Positions 18,606-26,509 of a DNA stretch of 64,000 bases are shown here, piece after piece. This DNA is from Patescibacteria group bacterium. Lineage in GTDB: Bacteria > Patescibacteriota > UBA1384 > XYA2-FULL-43-10 > 1-14-0-10-43-13. The DNA is taken from NCBI GenBank assembly GCA_041649155.1, contig JBAZNP010000001.1, positions 238,564 through 302,563 on the forward strand, read 5' to 3'. The translations under genes and the position numbers were made by a program. Each line of letters opens with the position of its first letter. Position 1 is the first letter of the stretch. The notes beneath the pieces are model-generated. The model worked only from the letters and a program-made list of their open reading frames with translations. It ran no database searches and had not been told where the DNA came from.

Positions 18606-20404
18606 GGTTTCACCACGTTATCTTTTCCTTCTTCTCCATTTTTCTTTTTAAGTATCGCTGCGAGTTCCTTGGTCCTTTCGAATATGTCTTGGATTTCCTC
18701 TTTCGACAAAACAACGTTTCCTTCAGAATCAACGTGTTCATACGTTGCCTGGTCACTAAATAATGCCTTCTTACTGGTCTCTTCAAGGTCTGCGTCGAAC
18801 TTTAGGTCTCTGCCTATAACCTTAGATTTTCTGGCAGAAGTCCCTGGAAGCGGAACAAAGACGTGTGCTTCAAGTTCACTGATTAGCCCTTCATCAACGA
18901 GTTTTTTCAAGAAAGCCAACGATTGTTCTTCCCTTTCTTTGGTAGCTCCTGGCAATCCGATAATCCAAAAAGCACCAACACCGATTCCTGCTTCTTTCAA
19001 GCGTCTGCAAGCTGGTTCTACCCATTCAACCTCTGTATCCTTCAAACTAGCGTCCAATATCTCTTGAGAACCGCTCTCAATTCCCAACAGGACAAAGTTC
19101 ACCCCACTCTCTCTCATATCACCTAAAACTCTTTCTGGCTCACCAATTAGAGTATTGGCCCTTGGATTTCTTCTTTTTTCAACAGCTTCATTTTCCCTTC
19201 CTCGAAGATGACCGACTCTTGCTTGAGCAATAAAGTTGATGTCAGGATATTGTTGATGGATTTCTTTGAGTATGGGTTCGATAACTTCAAACACTGTCTT
19301 TTTCTCTACTGCTTCCGATTCTTTGTCAGTGACTTTTCCATCAGCGTCAAACCATAGCTCAAGCAGTAAGTCATCATCCAATATACCAACATTTTTCTCT
19401 CTGCCTTCTCTTTTATTTACCGCTTCAGCAACGTAACCCAATTCTTCTCTGAAGGACTCAAGCCCTATGTTTGTTATAAAATGACGATACATTTCGCTAC
19501 TCGTACAGAAAGCACAGCGCCCAAGGCAACCTCTAGCAAATAAAACATAATGGTTGAAGTCGCCAATATCAGTCCCTTCTGGAAGAATTACTTTGTCATA
19601 GTTCAAAGGTCCGATTTCTACTGGATTGCCTCGTTCCCTCCGACCAGTTCGTTTAACTTCTTCTCCACCCCAATAGCTCAATCCCTTGATTGACGATAAA
19701 TCAACTGGCGCATCCTCGCCCTGTTTTTTCATCTCTTCCATTAAATCCAGCATTGTCCATTCGCCCTCATAATCGATAATGGCATCAGCTCCAACTCCCT
19801 CTGGCGAAAGCATCTGTTTTCTTGAGTTTTCATCGAATGACGCAGCATTTCCACCAATAACAACTAACGTGTCAGGAAAGTTTTGTTTAATATACCTGGC
19901 CATTGCTAAAACAGAGCGCTCTGTAGGCGAAAACATATAGCTAAATGCAATTACTTTCGGATTTCTTTCTTCAATCAATTTATGTACAGTTTCACGCATC
20001 TTGGTAACGAAAAAAACTTCGTTGGCGACTCCCCTTTGAAGCTGTTGAGTTGATTCTTGTTCAGTAGGAGCAAAATTATCTCCAATTATCTGATTTATCT
20101 CGTCCCTACCTCCGATAAAATCCTGGTTTATAAAAGCATCCATAGGGACAACATTCGCCTCAAATCCCTTCCTGCCTAGTAATGTTGCAACACTTAATGC
20201 GCCTCTTGGGATTTCTTTGCTCATTCCTGAATCATCAAGCGCTTGTCCAGACAGTTCAGGGTCAGAATGAAAAGGAGCATCGAAAATAAGAATGTCAGAT
20301 TGTTCTGGGGGCAATTTTTCCTTACTTTCAATTTGTTGAATTGATTCTGGCTGTTCTATATCTGTTTCTTCTTGATGGAAACCACCACTGCTTTCTATGC
20401 TCAT
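18602..20404 (-). CDS. B12-binding radical SAM protein (class B methyltransferase-like)
   Basis: Cobalamin-binding fold (VVIGGNAAS, YEGE), RGCLGRCAFC, LGIESGSQEIL, IIGLPG, PLPGT. Confidence 0.85.
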   Translation of the reverse strand: MSIESSGGFHQEETDIEQPESIQQIESKEKLPPEQSDILIFDAPFHSDPELSGQALDDSGMSKEIPRGALSVATLLGRKGFEANVVPMDAFINQDFIGGRDEINQIIGDNFAPTEQESTQQLQRGVANEVFFVTKMRETVHKLIEERNPKVIAFSYMFSPTERSVLAMARYIKQNFPDTLVVIGGNAASFDENSRKQMLSPEGVGADAIIDYEGEWTMLDLMEEMKKQGEDAPVDLSSIKGLSYWGGEEVKRTGRRERGNPVEIGPLNYDKVILPEGTDIGDFNHYVLFARGCLGRCAFCTSSEMYRHFITNIGLESFREELGYVAEAVNKREGREKNVGILDDDLLLELWFDADGKVTDKESEAVEKKTVFEVIEPILKEIHQQYPDINFIAQARVGHLRGRENEAVEKRRNPRANTLIGEPERVLGDMRESGVNFVLLGIESGSQEILDASLKDTEVEWVEPACRRLKEAGIGVGAFWIIGLPGATKEREEQSLAFLKKLVDEGLISELEAHVFVPLPGTSARKSKVIGRDLKFDADLEETSKKALFSDQATYEHVDSEGNVVLSKEEIQDIFERTKELAAILKKKNGEEGKDNVVKP

Positions 20405-20418
20405 TTATGCCTCAACTT

Positions 20419-21450
20419 TCAAAGGTTATTTATGATGCTCTTATCAACCGCATCGTCGATATTTGGTTTAGATTTTATCGAACCAATTTCGAGAAAAGCA
20501 TTGCTGAAAGTATCAGCAACGTCAAAGAACTTTCCCTTCTGATTTCCGACTCCAAAATACGTCTTATTTTCATCAAGCATCGGCCACTTAACACCTGTAA
20601 TTAGGTCAGCAAACTCAGAAGTTGACACGTTATAATGTTTGGCCATTATCTCGTTTGATTCTTGAGGATTAGCTTTCCAATAATCGAGCGCCTTAAACCA
20701 ACCTCTCACAACCTTTTTAACTGTATCTGGGTGATTTTTTAGATAACTTGCGTTTATTGACAAGGTATCAACAATTACTCCTGGTTCATCCGCACTGCTA
20801 ACCAACACTTTACCATCTTTTCTTTCTTTCGCCTTTGAAAGCCAGGGTTCAAATGTAACCGCTGCATCGACTTGTCCAGAAGCAAAGGCAGCTCCAGCCG
20901 CACCAGATTCAGTGTCTACTTCATCAACGTCAGATAAAGACATACCATTTTTCTTTAGAACATACATTAGGAAACTTTCACCGACAAAGTTTTTCTGGAC
21001 AGCAATTTTTTTGCCTTTCAAACCTTGGACGGTTTTGATGTCATTTTTCGTTACAATTCCATCAGCACCGTTGGATTCATCTACTTGTAAAACAGTTACA
21101 GATGGCACGCCTTCATCCCTCGAGAGAACCAATAAATCGACTGTGTCACCCAAACCGTCAACAGTCCCATTCATCATTGCAGCTTTTCTCTGGGCTGTAT
21201 CTTCGAGAGTCGTGATATTAACATTAACACCTTCATCTTTGAAAAACCCTTTTTCTTGGGCAAGGTATAATGGGCCGTAGCCAACCCAAGTATTCACGCT
21301 TAAATTAAACTGGTCCAGTCCCTCCGAACCCTTATTGTTTTTGTGATACAAAAAGTAAACTCCACCAGCAATAAGTCCTACTAAAATGACACCGAGAAAA
21401 GCAATTAACCATTTTCTTTTTGAATTGTCAGGTGAGATTTCGTCTTCCAT
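20419..21450 (-). CDS. Membrane-anchored NitT/TauT substrate-binding protein
   Basis: N-terminal TM, WVGYGPLYLAQEKGFF, DESNGADGI, DAAVTFEPWL. Confidence 0.9.
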   Translation of the reverse strand: MEDEISPDNSKRKWLIAFLGVILVGLIAGGVYFLYHKNNKGSEGLDQFNLSVNTWVGYGPLYLAQEKGFFKDEGVNVNITTLEDTAQRKAAMMNGTVDGLGDTVDLLVLSRDEGVPSVTVLQVDESNGADGIVTKNDIKTVQGLKGKKIAVQKNFVGESFLMYVLKKNGMSLSDVDEVDTESGAAGAAFASGQVDAAVTFEPWLSKAKERKDGKVLVSSADEPGVIVDTLSINASYLKNHPDTVKKVVRGWFKALDYWKANPQESNEIMAKHYNVSTSEFADLITGVKWPMLDENKTYFGVGNQKGKFFDVADTFSNAFLEIGSIKSKPNIDDAVDKSIINNL

Positions 21451-21463
21451 ACTTACTCCCTTT

Positions 21464-22147
21464 CTATTTAATTATGGCTTTTGATTCAAATAACTCAAAC
21501 TTCACTGGGTGGGTTTCTACGGATTCAACACTTGCAATCGTACGAAATGTAAACCCATTATTTTTTATAAGCTCCTTTAACTTTTCAATATGCCCTAGCG
21601 TTGAAGAAAAACCGATTAGCAATCGGCCACCTTCTTTTAAGTGATTTTTTGCCTCTTCGATAAAAGTTCTTGTTGATTTGTATCCAGGGTCAAAAACTGC
21701 TTTTTCTAGGGTTGTGACATCTTCATTTTCAGTATATCCAAAAGGAGTATTCCAAAAAACCGTATCGAATTTTTTATCACCGATTGGAGAGTAAAGATTC
21801 CCTTCGTAAACGCTAACTTGTTTTTCCATCTTGTGTATTTTAGCGTTCTCCTGTGTGTTTTTAACTGCATCAGGATTTATATCAACAGCGGCCACTATAG
21901 CGCCCTTCAATGCCATCCAAACGCTAACGACACCACTTCCTGGCCCAATTTCCAAAAACTCTTCGCCCTGTTCCACAAAAATCTCTTTAGCAAAAAACTC
22001 TGTGTCAAAAAAATACTTTGGGCTGAAAACATTTGGATAAACTATAAACTTTTTGCCTAATATCTCTACCCAGTAAGGCGAAGTTTCTTTTTGGCTTTCA
22101 TCAAGGACCTTTTTAGTGCCATCAAGATATTTTTTCTTTTCTTTCAT
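21464..22147 (-). CDS. Class I SAM methyltransferase (HemK/PrmC-like)
   Basis: VYPNVFSP, LEIGPGSG, DINPDA, WNTPF (NPPY-like); start refined to MKEKK. Confidence 0.85.
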   Translation of the reverse strand: MKEKKKYLDGTKKVLDESQKETSPYWVEILGKKFIVYPNVFSPKYFFDTEFFAKEIFVEQGEEFLEIGPGSGVVSVWMALKGAIVAAVDINPDAVKNTQENAKIHKMEKQVSVYEGNLYSPIGDKKFDTVFWNTPFGYTENEDVTTLEKAVFDPGYKSTRTFIEEAKNHLKEGGRLLIGFSSTLGHIEKLKELIKNNGFTFRTIASVESVETHPVKFELFESKAIIK

Positions 22148-22190
22148 ACAAAACTTCCAATCGATAATTATACGATTAGTATCTACATAA

Positions 22191-22199
22191 ATTATAGCA
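22191..22199 (-). promoter_or_regulatory. Extended -10 promoter of the cargo operon
   Basis: TGCTATAAT on the minus strand about 45 nt upstream of the methyltransferase ATG. Confidence 0.55.
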
Positions 22200-22256
22200 C
22201 TGTCGGCTACTATCTGTCGACTTGTCAACAATACCTTTGCAAACTAGAATTAAGAT

Positions 22257-22982
22257 ATGAAACTAGAAGAACACCTTTCTTTTTTACTTAATGATAACTC
22301 GTTCAAAAAGATTATTTTTGATTTGAGAAAACAAGTAGGTATTTCAGAAGATGGCTTCAAAAAAGACGAGGATTTTAATTCCTGGAATGAAACTTATTCC
22401 GCTGATGCCCTGCAAAAAATAGTAAAAAGCCCAGGGACTATAATTGATGAAACATCACAAAAACTCATTCGCAGTTTAAGCGAGGCGGAAGACAAAAAAA
22501 TTGATAAGCGAAAACTTGATGCAATTGTTTCCAAAGTACTAAAAAAATATAAATTGCCAAGTGCTGCCAGTCAGAGCATATTAAGCTTCTTGATTTTCAA
22601 TAAAATTGAAGTAACCCCAGACAAGACCAAAAATTATAAAGCTTTTTTGTCTTATGAAGATGGTCAGTGGAATCTCTATTTGAAATTGTCAGGAATATGT
22701 CGAGCTGAAGACATCTCCTGGAAAAAAGACATTCGACCTTTGCAAAAGTTCCTGGCTGATTACACAGGCAGCTTACGACCATTAAAAGATGCGAGCGATT
22801 ATAAATTGATTACCTCTAAGAGAAACTCTAAAACAAAAAGGAAGTGGAAAGGGATTGCTTATAGCTCGTTGCCTGAAGAAATTAACTTAATTGATAGCAG
22901 CGAAAGTAAAGTTCTGGTCAATAAAAGAAAAAACCAACTCAAAGCGAAAAACGCTCGTTTAAGAAGGAAATTGAACACTTAA
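22257..22982 (+). CDS. Hypothetical basic protein of the element backbone
   Basis: 241-aa Lys-rich ORF, divergent from the cargo operon. Confidence 0.65.
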   Translation: MKLEEHLSFLLNDNSFKKIIFDLRKQVGISEDGFKKDEDFNSWNETYSADALQKIVKSPGTIIDETSQKLIRSLSEAEDKKIDKRKLDAIVSKVLKKYKLPSAASQSILSFLIFNKIEVTPDKTKNYKAFLSYEDGQWNLYLKLSGICRAEDISWKKDIRPLQKFLADYTGSLRPLKDASDYKLITSKRNSKTKRKWKGIAYSSLPEEINLIDSSESKVLVNKRKNQLKAKNARLRRKLNT

Positions 22983-23274
22983 AACCTCCGAAATAAACGT
23001 AACCTGGTAAATAGGTCTATTTTGTTACGCTTAGCGTAGCGTTTTTTTAATTGAAAACACTTCAAGTCGCGGAGGTCCTGTCAGCTGGATTGCATTGCGA
23101 CTCAAAATAAGTTTGCAGGAGAACTGGCCCCATACGCAAAACCACACGGATACCTCATTCTCAGGCAGTCAGTAGTAAGTATTTAATCTTAATAACTTAA
23201 ATACCTACTGCCTAGAAAAGGAAACGGCTGGAAGGCGGAGGGAGGGTCTAATAGTAGGAATCTGGAGGTAATAA

Positions 23275-23454
23275 ATGAGTCAACAAATCGTCAAAAAGAC
23301 AAAGCAAATCAGAATCAGCACAGAGCTGCACAAGCTTTTGAAAGTCGAAGCGGCAGAAGCTGGTAAATCAATCAAAACCGTCCTGGAGGAGAAGCTGGAC
23401 TTTGTACCCCCTACCCCCACTTGCGAAGCAAGCGAAGAGGGTTCAGATGAGTAA
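23275..23454 (+). CDS. Small ribbon-helix-helix-like DNA-binding protein (59 aa, not in the ORF track)
   Basis: GGAGG Shine-Dalgarno; KQIRISTELHKLLKVEAAEAGKSIKTVLEEKL fits a beta-alpha-alpha pattern. Confidence 0.65.
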   Translation: MSQQIVKKTKQIRISTELHKLLKVEAAEAGKSIKTVLEEKLDFVPPTPTCEASEEGSDE

Positions 23455-23818
23455 GTGCAGCTTTATCAAAAAAGACGGTAACAAGTGCAGAGCTAATGCA
23501 ATGCACGATTCAAAGCTTTGTTTTGTTCATAATCCAGAGTGCGAAACAGAAAGACAAAAAGCCATCGTTGACGGAGGCAAGCAAACCAGAAAGCCGAGAG
23601 TATCAACGGAGGCAATAACGCTTGAGAAGATTGAGGATATTCTACCCTTTCTTAACAAGCTCATCAACGAGGTCAGGCGTGGGGATTTAACTTCAAAATC
23701 GGCAAATGCAATCGGTTATTTAATTAACATCGCAATTGATGCCCTTAAACAAACGGACATCGAACGAAGATTAAAGGAGATAGAAAATGCAATCAAATTA
23801 CGAGAAAAAGAGCTTTGA
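23447..23818 (+). CDS. Hypothetical protein with an N-terminal CCCH motif (HGGxSTG-like)
   Basis: C-x9-C-x10-C-x2-H followed by GGK; C-terminal IERRLKEIE coiled coil. Confidence 0.65.
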   Translation: MSKCSFIKKDGNKCRANAMHDSKLCFVHNPECETERQKAIVDGGKQTRKPRVSTEAITLEKIEDILPFLNKLINEVRRGDLTSKSANAIGYLINIAIDALKQTDIERRLKEIENAIKLREKEL

Positions 23819-24404
23819 GCTTTTTGACAAGCTGGACATTTACGAAAAGTACAAGGTGATGATGTCCGAAAAAAGCGTTGTGAATACCAGGACTTTGCGG
23901 TCCAGGTTATCAACGGAGGAAGAGCAACAATTTTGGCAGATTTTAGACGATAGCAAAAAGTTTGCTCAAAACCTCAAGGAGTTATTGCTGTTGTCCTTAC
24001 TCAGAAAAGACGTTATGCAGGATATTTTGAAACTGCACCTCAAGCTCGTCGAGGACCAACCATTCAGAAAAACCGATGATGAACTTTTGGAAATCGTTAG
24101 TCAAATAAAAGATTCTGGGGCGGAGCTGGATAAATTAAACAATCAAATGCTTGAACTAATCGAAGAGACGGAATCATTGCAGCAATCCCTGCACCGCCTG
24201 AATTATCCTATCGCTTTTACTCCTGAAATGAATCCAGAAAAGATACGAATACAAGCAGAATTGTTTAAGGGGCTAACCGACATCGAAAATCCACAAGTTT
24301 TTATTCAGCAAGCGAGAGCTTTGGAAGTTCGAGAAATGGTTCAAGGTAATGAGTTAAGAGAAAACTTTATCAATCAAATCAATAAATGGCTTGAGGTCAT
24401 TTAA
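23787..24404 (+). CDS. Hypothetical helical protein
   Basis: 205-aa ORF overlapping the upstream gene. Confidence 0.65.
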   Translation: MQSNYEKKSFELFDKLDIYEKYKVMMSEKSVVNTRTLRSRLSTEEEQQFWQILDDSKKFAQNLKELLLLSLLRKDVMQDILKLHLKLVEDQPFRKTDDELLEIVSQIKDSGAELDKLNNQMLELIEETESLQQSLHRLNYPIAFTPEMNPEKIRIQAELFKGLTDIENPQVFIQQARALEVREMVQGNELRENFINQINKWLEVI

Positions 24405-24422
24405 GGAATTAAGAGTTTAGCA

Positions 24423-24602
24423 ATGAAGCGAGTAATGCCAATTAAAACCGAGTTCAAACTACTGGAAAACGACGAAACAAAGAGTCGTGTTCAGTTGGCA
24501 TATAATCGCATCTTTACCATTGCTAATCAGAATCTTATGAAGCAAGAAATGGCAAAAAGGCAAGCAAAAAAGAAAGGAGGTATTGACAGTAATGTACAGT
24601 AA
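24423..24602 (+). CDS. Small hypothetical protein (59 aa, not in the ORF track)
   Basis: MKRVMPIKTEFKLLENDETKSRVQLAYNRIF...; co-oriented and directly upstream of xis/int. Confidence 0.45.
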   Translation: MKRVMPIKTEFKLLENDETKSRVQLAYNRIFTIANQNLMKQEMAKRQAKKKGGIDSNVQ

Positions 24603-24619
24603 AGTACAATAAGAGTACA
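24583..24619 (+). promoter_or_regulatory. xis-int promoter overlapped by three GTACA direct repeats
   Basis: TTGACA(24583)-16 bp-TACAAT(24605); GTACA at 24594, 24604 and 24615. Confidence 0.6.
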
Positions 24620-24639
24620 TAAACAAAGGAGAGCTGATT

Positions 24640-24813
24640 ATGGAAAAACAAGAAAATGAGTTCCTAACCGTTGAAGAAGTAGCTGAAAAATATCGAGTCG
24701 CTGTTGCTACAATCTACCGAATGGTTAGAAAAGGAGAAATCCCAGCCATCAAGTTTGGCAAAGTGTGGAGAATTAAAAAGAACGAACTGGAAGAAAAATT
24801 AAGCAATAAATAA
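24640..24813 (+). CDS. Excisionase-like HTH_17 DNA-binding protein (57 aa, not in the ORF track)
   Basis: AAGGAG Shine-Dalgarno; FLTVEEVAEKYRVAVATIYRMVRKGEIPAIKFGKVWRI. Confidence 0.88.
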   Translation: MEKQENEFLTVEEVAEKYRVAVATIYRMVRKGEIPAIKFGKVWRIKKNELEEKLSNK

Positions 24814-24868
24814 AACAAAGCCAGAGTCCTAACGACGAATTAGAAGCACTCTGGCTAAGGAGGAGTCA

Positions 24869-26509
24869 ATGTCCCCAATTCATAATACAAAAGAGAGCGA
24901 AAGTTCTCAACCCCTCATTGCAGGAATGTACGCTCGTGTTTCGACAGGACGACAGGAGCAAGAGGAAACCATCGAATCACAACTCGATGAAATTAAATCA
25001 AAAATAGAAGAAGACGGAAACATCTTGCCAAGCGAGAACGTATTTGTTGACGATGGCTGGAGCGGCGAGATTTTCATTCGTCCAGAGCTTGATAAGCTCA
25101 GAGATGCCATCAGAGCAAAAACGTTTCAGGTGTTATATGTCTATGACCGAGGAAGAATTGCTCGAAAGTTCGCCTATCAAGAGATTGTTTTAGAAGAGTT
25201 AATCAACGCTGAAATACAATTCATCACATTGCACGACTCGCCAGGCAATACACCTGAAGAAAAAGTCCTACAAGCGATGCAGGGAGTTTTTGCGGAGTAT
25301 GAACGTATCAAGATTTATGAAAGATTTCGACGAGGTAAACTTTATAAGGCGAAAAGCAAGATTCTGATAAACGGTCATTCGCTTTATGGCTACAACTACA
25401 TTAAGAAAACCGAAGAAGTCCCAGCTCATTACGAAATCAACGAGGAAGAAACCAGAATAGTCCGAATGATATTTGAATGGGTTGGAGTCGAACAAATATC
25501 CTTACGAGAAGTTATAAGACGTTTGTATGACCTTGGAATACCGCCCAGAAAGCACAAGAGCGAGTTTTGGACCAAAGGCCCTATTGTTCGCCTTTTACAG
25601 TGCGAGGCGTACTCTAAGGGCAAAATCTACTATAATAAATCGGAGGCAGTAGTTCCGAAAAAGCCACTGAAGGATACCAAATACAGAAAAATCAAAAGAA
25701 GCAGTCGTAAAGTTCGGCCACGTGAAGAATGGTATGCTTTCGACGTTCCAACCATACTTGAAGATAATGGCCTATTTGAAAAAGTCCAGGAAATCCTTAG
25801 CTCCAATCAGAAATACGCCACCAAAAATCGAAAGTACGAGTACCTTTTGACCAGCAAAGTATATTGTACGTGTGGTAGCCCTCGTGCAGGTGATGGAAGC
25901 AATGCTGGTGGTCATCATTATTATCGTTGTGCTGAACGCATCTATAAGTTCCCAAAAGAGCACAAGTGCAAGCTTCCAGGCGTAAACGCAGAGGTACTAG
26001 ATAAAACGCTCTGGGATAATCTGCTAAAGTTTATGAGCAATCCAGTGCCGCTGCAGCAAGCTGCTGAAGAATATCTCAAGTTTGAAACCGAAAAGGGGTG
26101 TAATTCGGAACGTGAAGAAAAGCAGATTGCAGCTTACGTTGCCAAAATTCAAGAGGAAGAAAAACGCTACGCCAAAGCATACGGCACGGAAGCGATTGAC
26201 TTTGAAAGCTTCAAAGACCTGATGAAAGAGTGCAAGAAAAGGACGCAATCTTATACAAAGCAGCTCAAAGAGATTCAGAGTAAAAAAGAAGAGTCAAAAA
26301 TAAATCCGTCAAAGCTAAACCAGCTTTGCCAAGAAGCTCGAAAAGTGCTAGAATTACTAGATATAAGCAACAAAATACAGATAGTCAGAGATTTAATTGA
26401 TAAAGTAACGATAAAAGAAGATAGAAAGGTAGAGGTATTGGGTCATATACCCTTAATGCCCCTAAAGTTGGAATATGAACCTATCAGTCGGGATCGTCGG
26501 CCTCCCTAA
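24869..26509 (+). CDS. Large serine recombinase (integrase), integrated-state form
   Basis: YARVSTGRQ catalytic Ser, DDGWSG, RPELDKL, DRGRIAR, recombinase domain, zinc ribbon CTCG...YYRC...C, coiled coil. Confidence 0.95.
   Translation: MSPIHNTKESESSQPLIAGMYARVSTGRQEQEETIESQLDEIKSKIEEDGNILPSENVFVDDGWSGEIFIRPELDKLRDAIRAKTFQVLYVYDRGRIARKFAYQEIVLEELINAEIQFITLHDSPGNTPEEKVLQAMQGVFAEYERIKIYERFRRGKLYKAKSKILINGHSLYGYNYIKKTEEVPAHYEINEEETRIVRMIFEWVGVEQISLREVIRRLYDLGIPPRKHKSEFWTKGPIVRLLQCEAYSKGKIYYNKSEAVVPKKPLKDTKYRKIKRSSRKVRPREEWYAFDVPTILEDNGLFEKVQEILSSNQKYATKNRKYEYLLTSKVYCTCGSPRAGDGSNAGGHHYYRCAERIYKFPKEHKCKLPGVNAEVLDKTLWDNLLKFMSNPVPLQQAAEEYLKFETEKGCNSEREEKQIAAYVAKIQEEEKRYAKAYGTEAIDFESFKDLMKECKKRTQSYTKQLKEIQSKKEESKINPSKLNQLCQEARKVLELLDISNKIQIVRDLIDKVTIKEDRKVEVLGHIPLMPLKLEYEPISRDRRPP

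Larger units (their letters stand above)
15070..26491. mobile_element. Integrated element (~11.4 kb) inserted in ychF by a large serine recombinase
   Basis: Shared core TCGG at 15066-15069 and 26488-26491; the rebuilt attP has 12/13 inverted arms centred on GG; integrase and excisionase-like genes lie at the right end. Confidence 0.9.
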
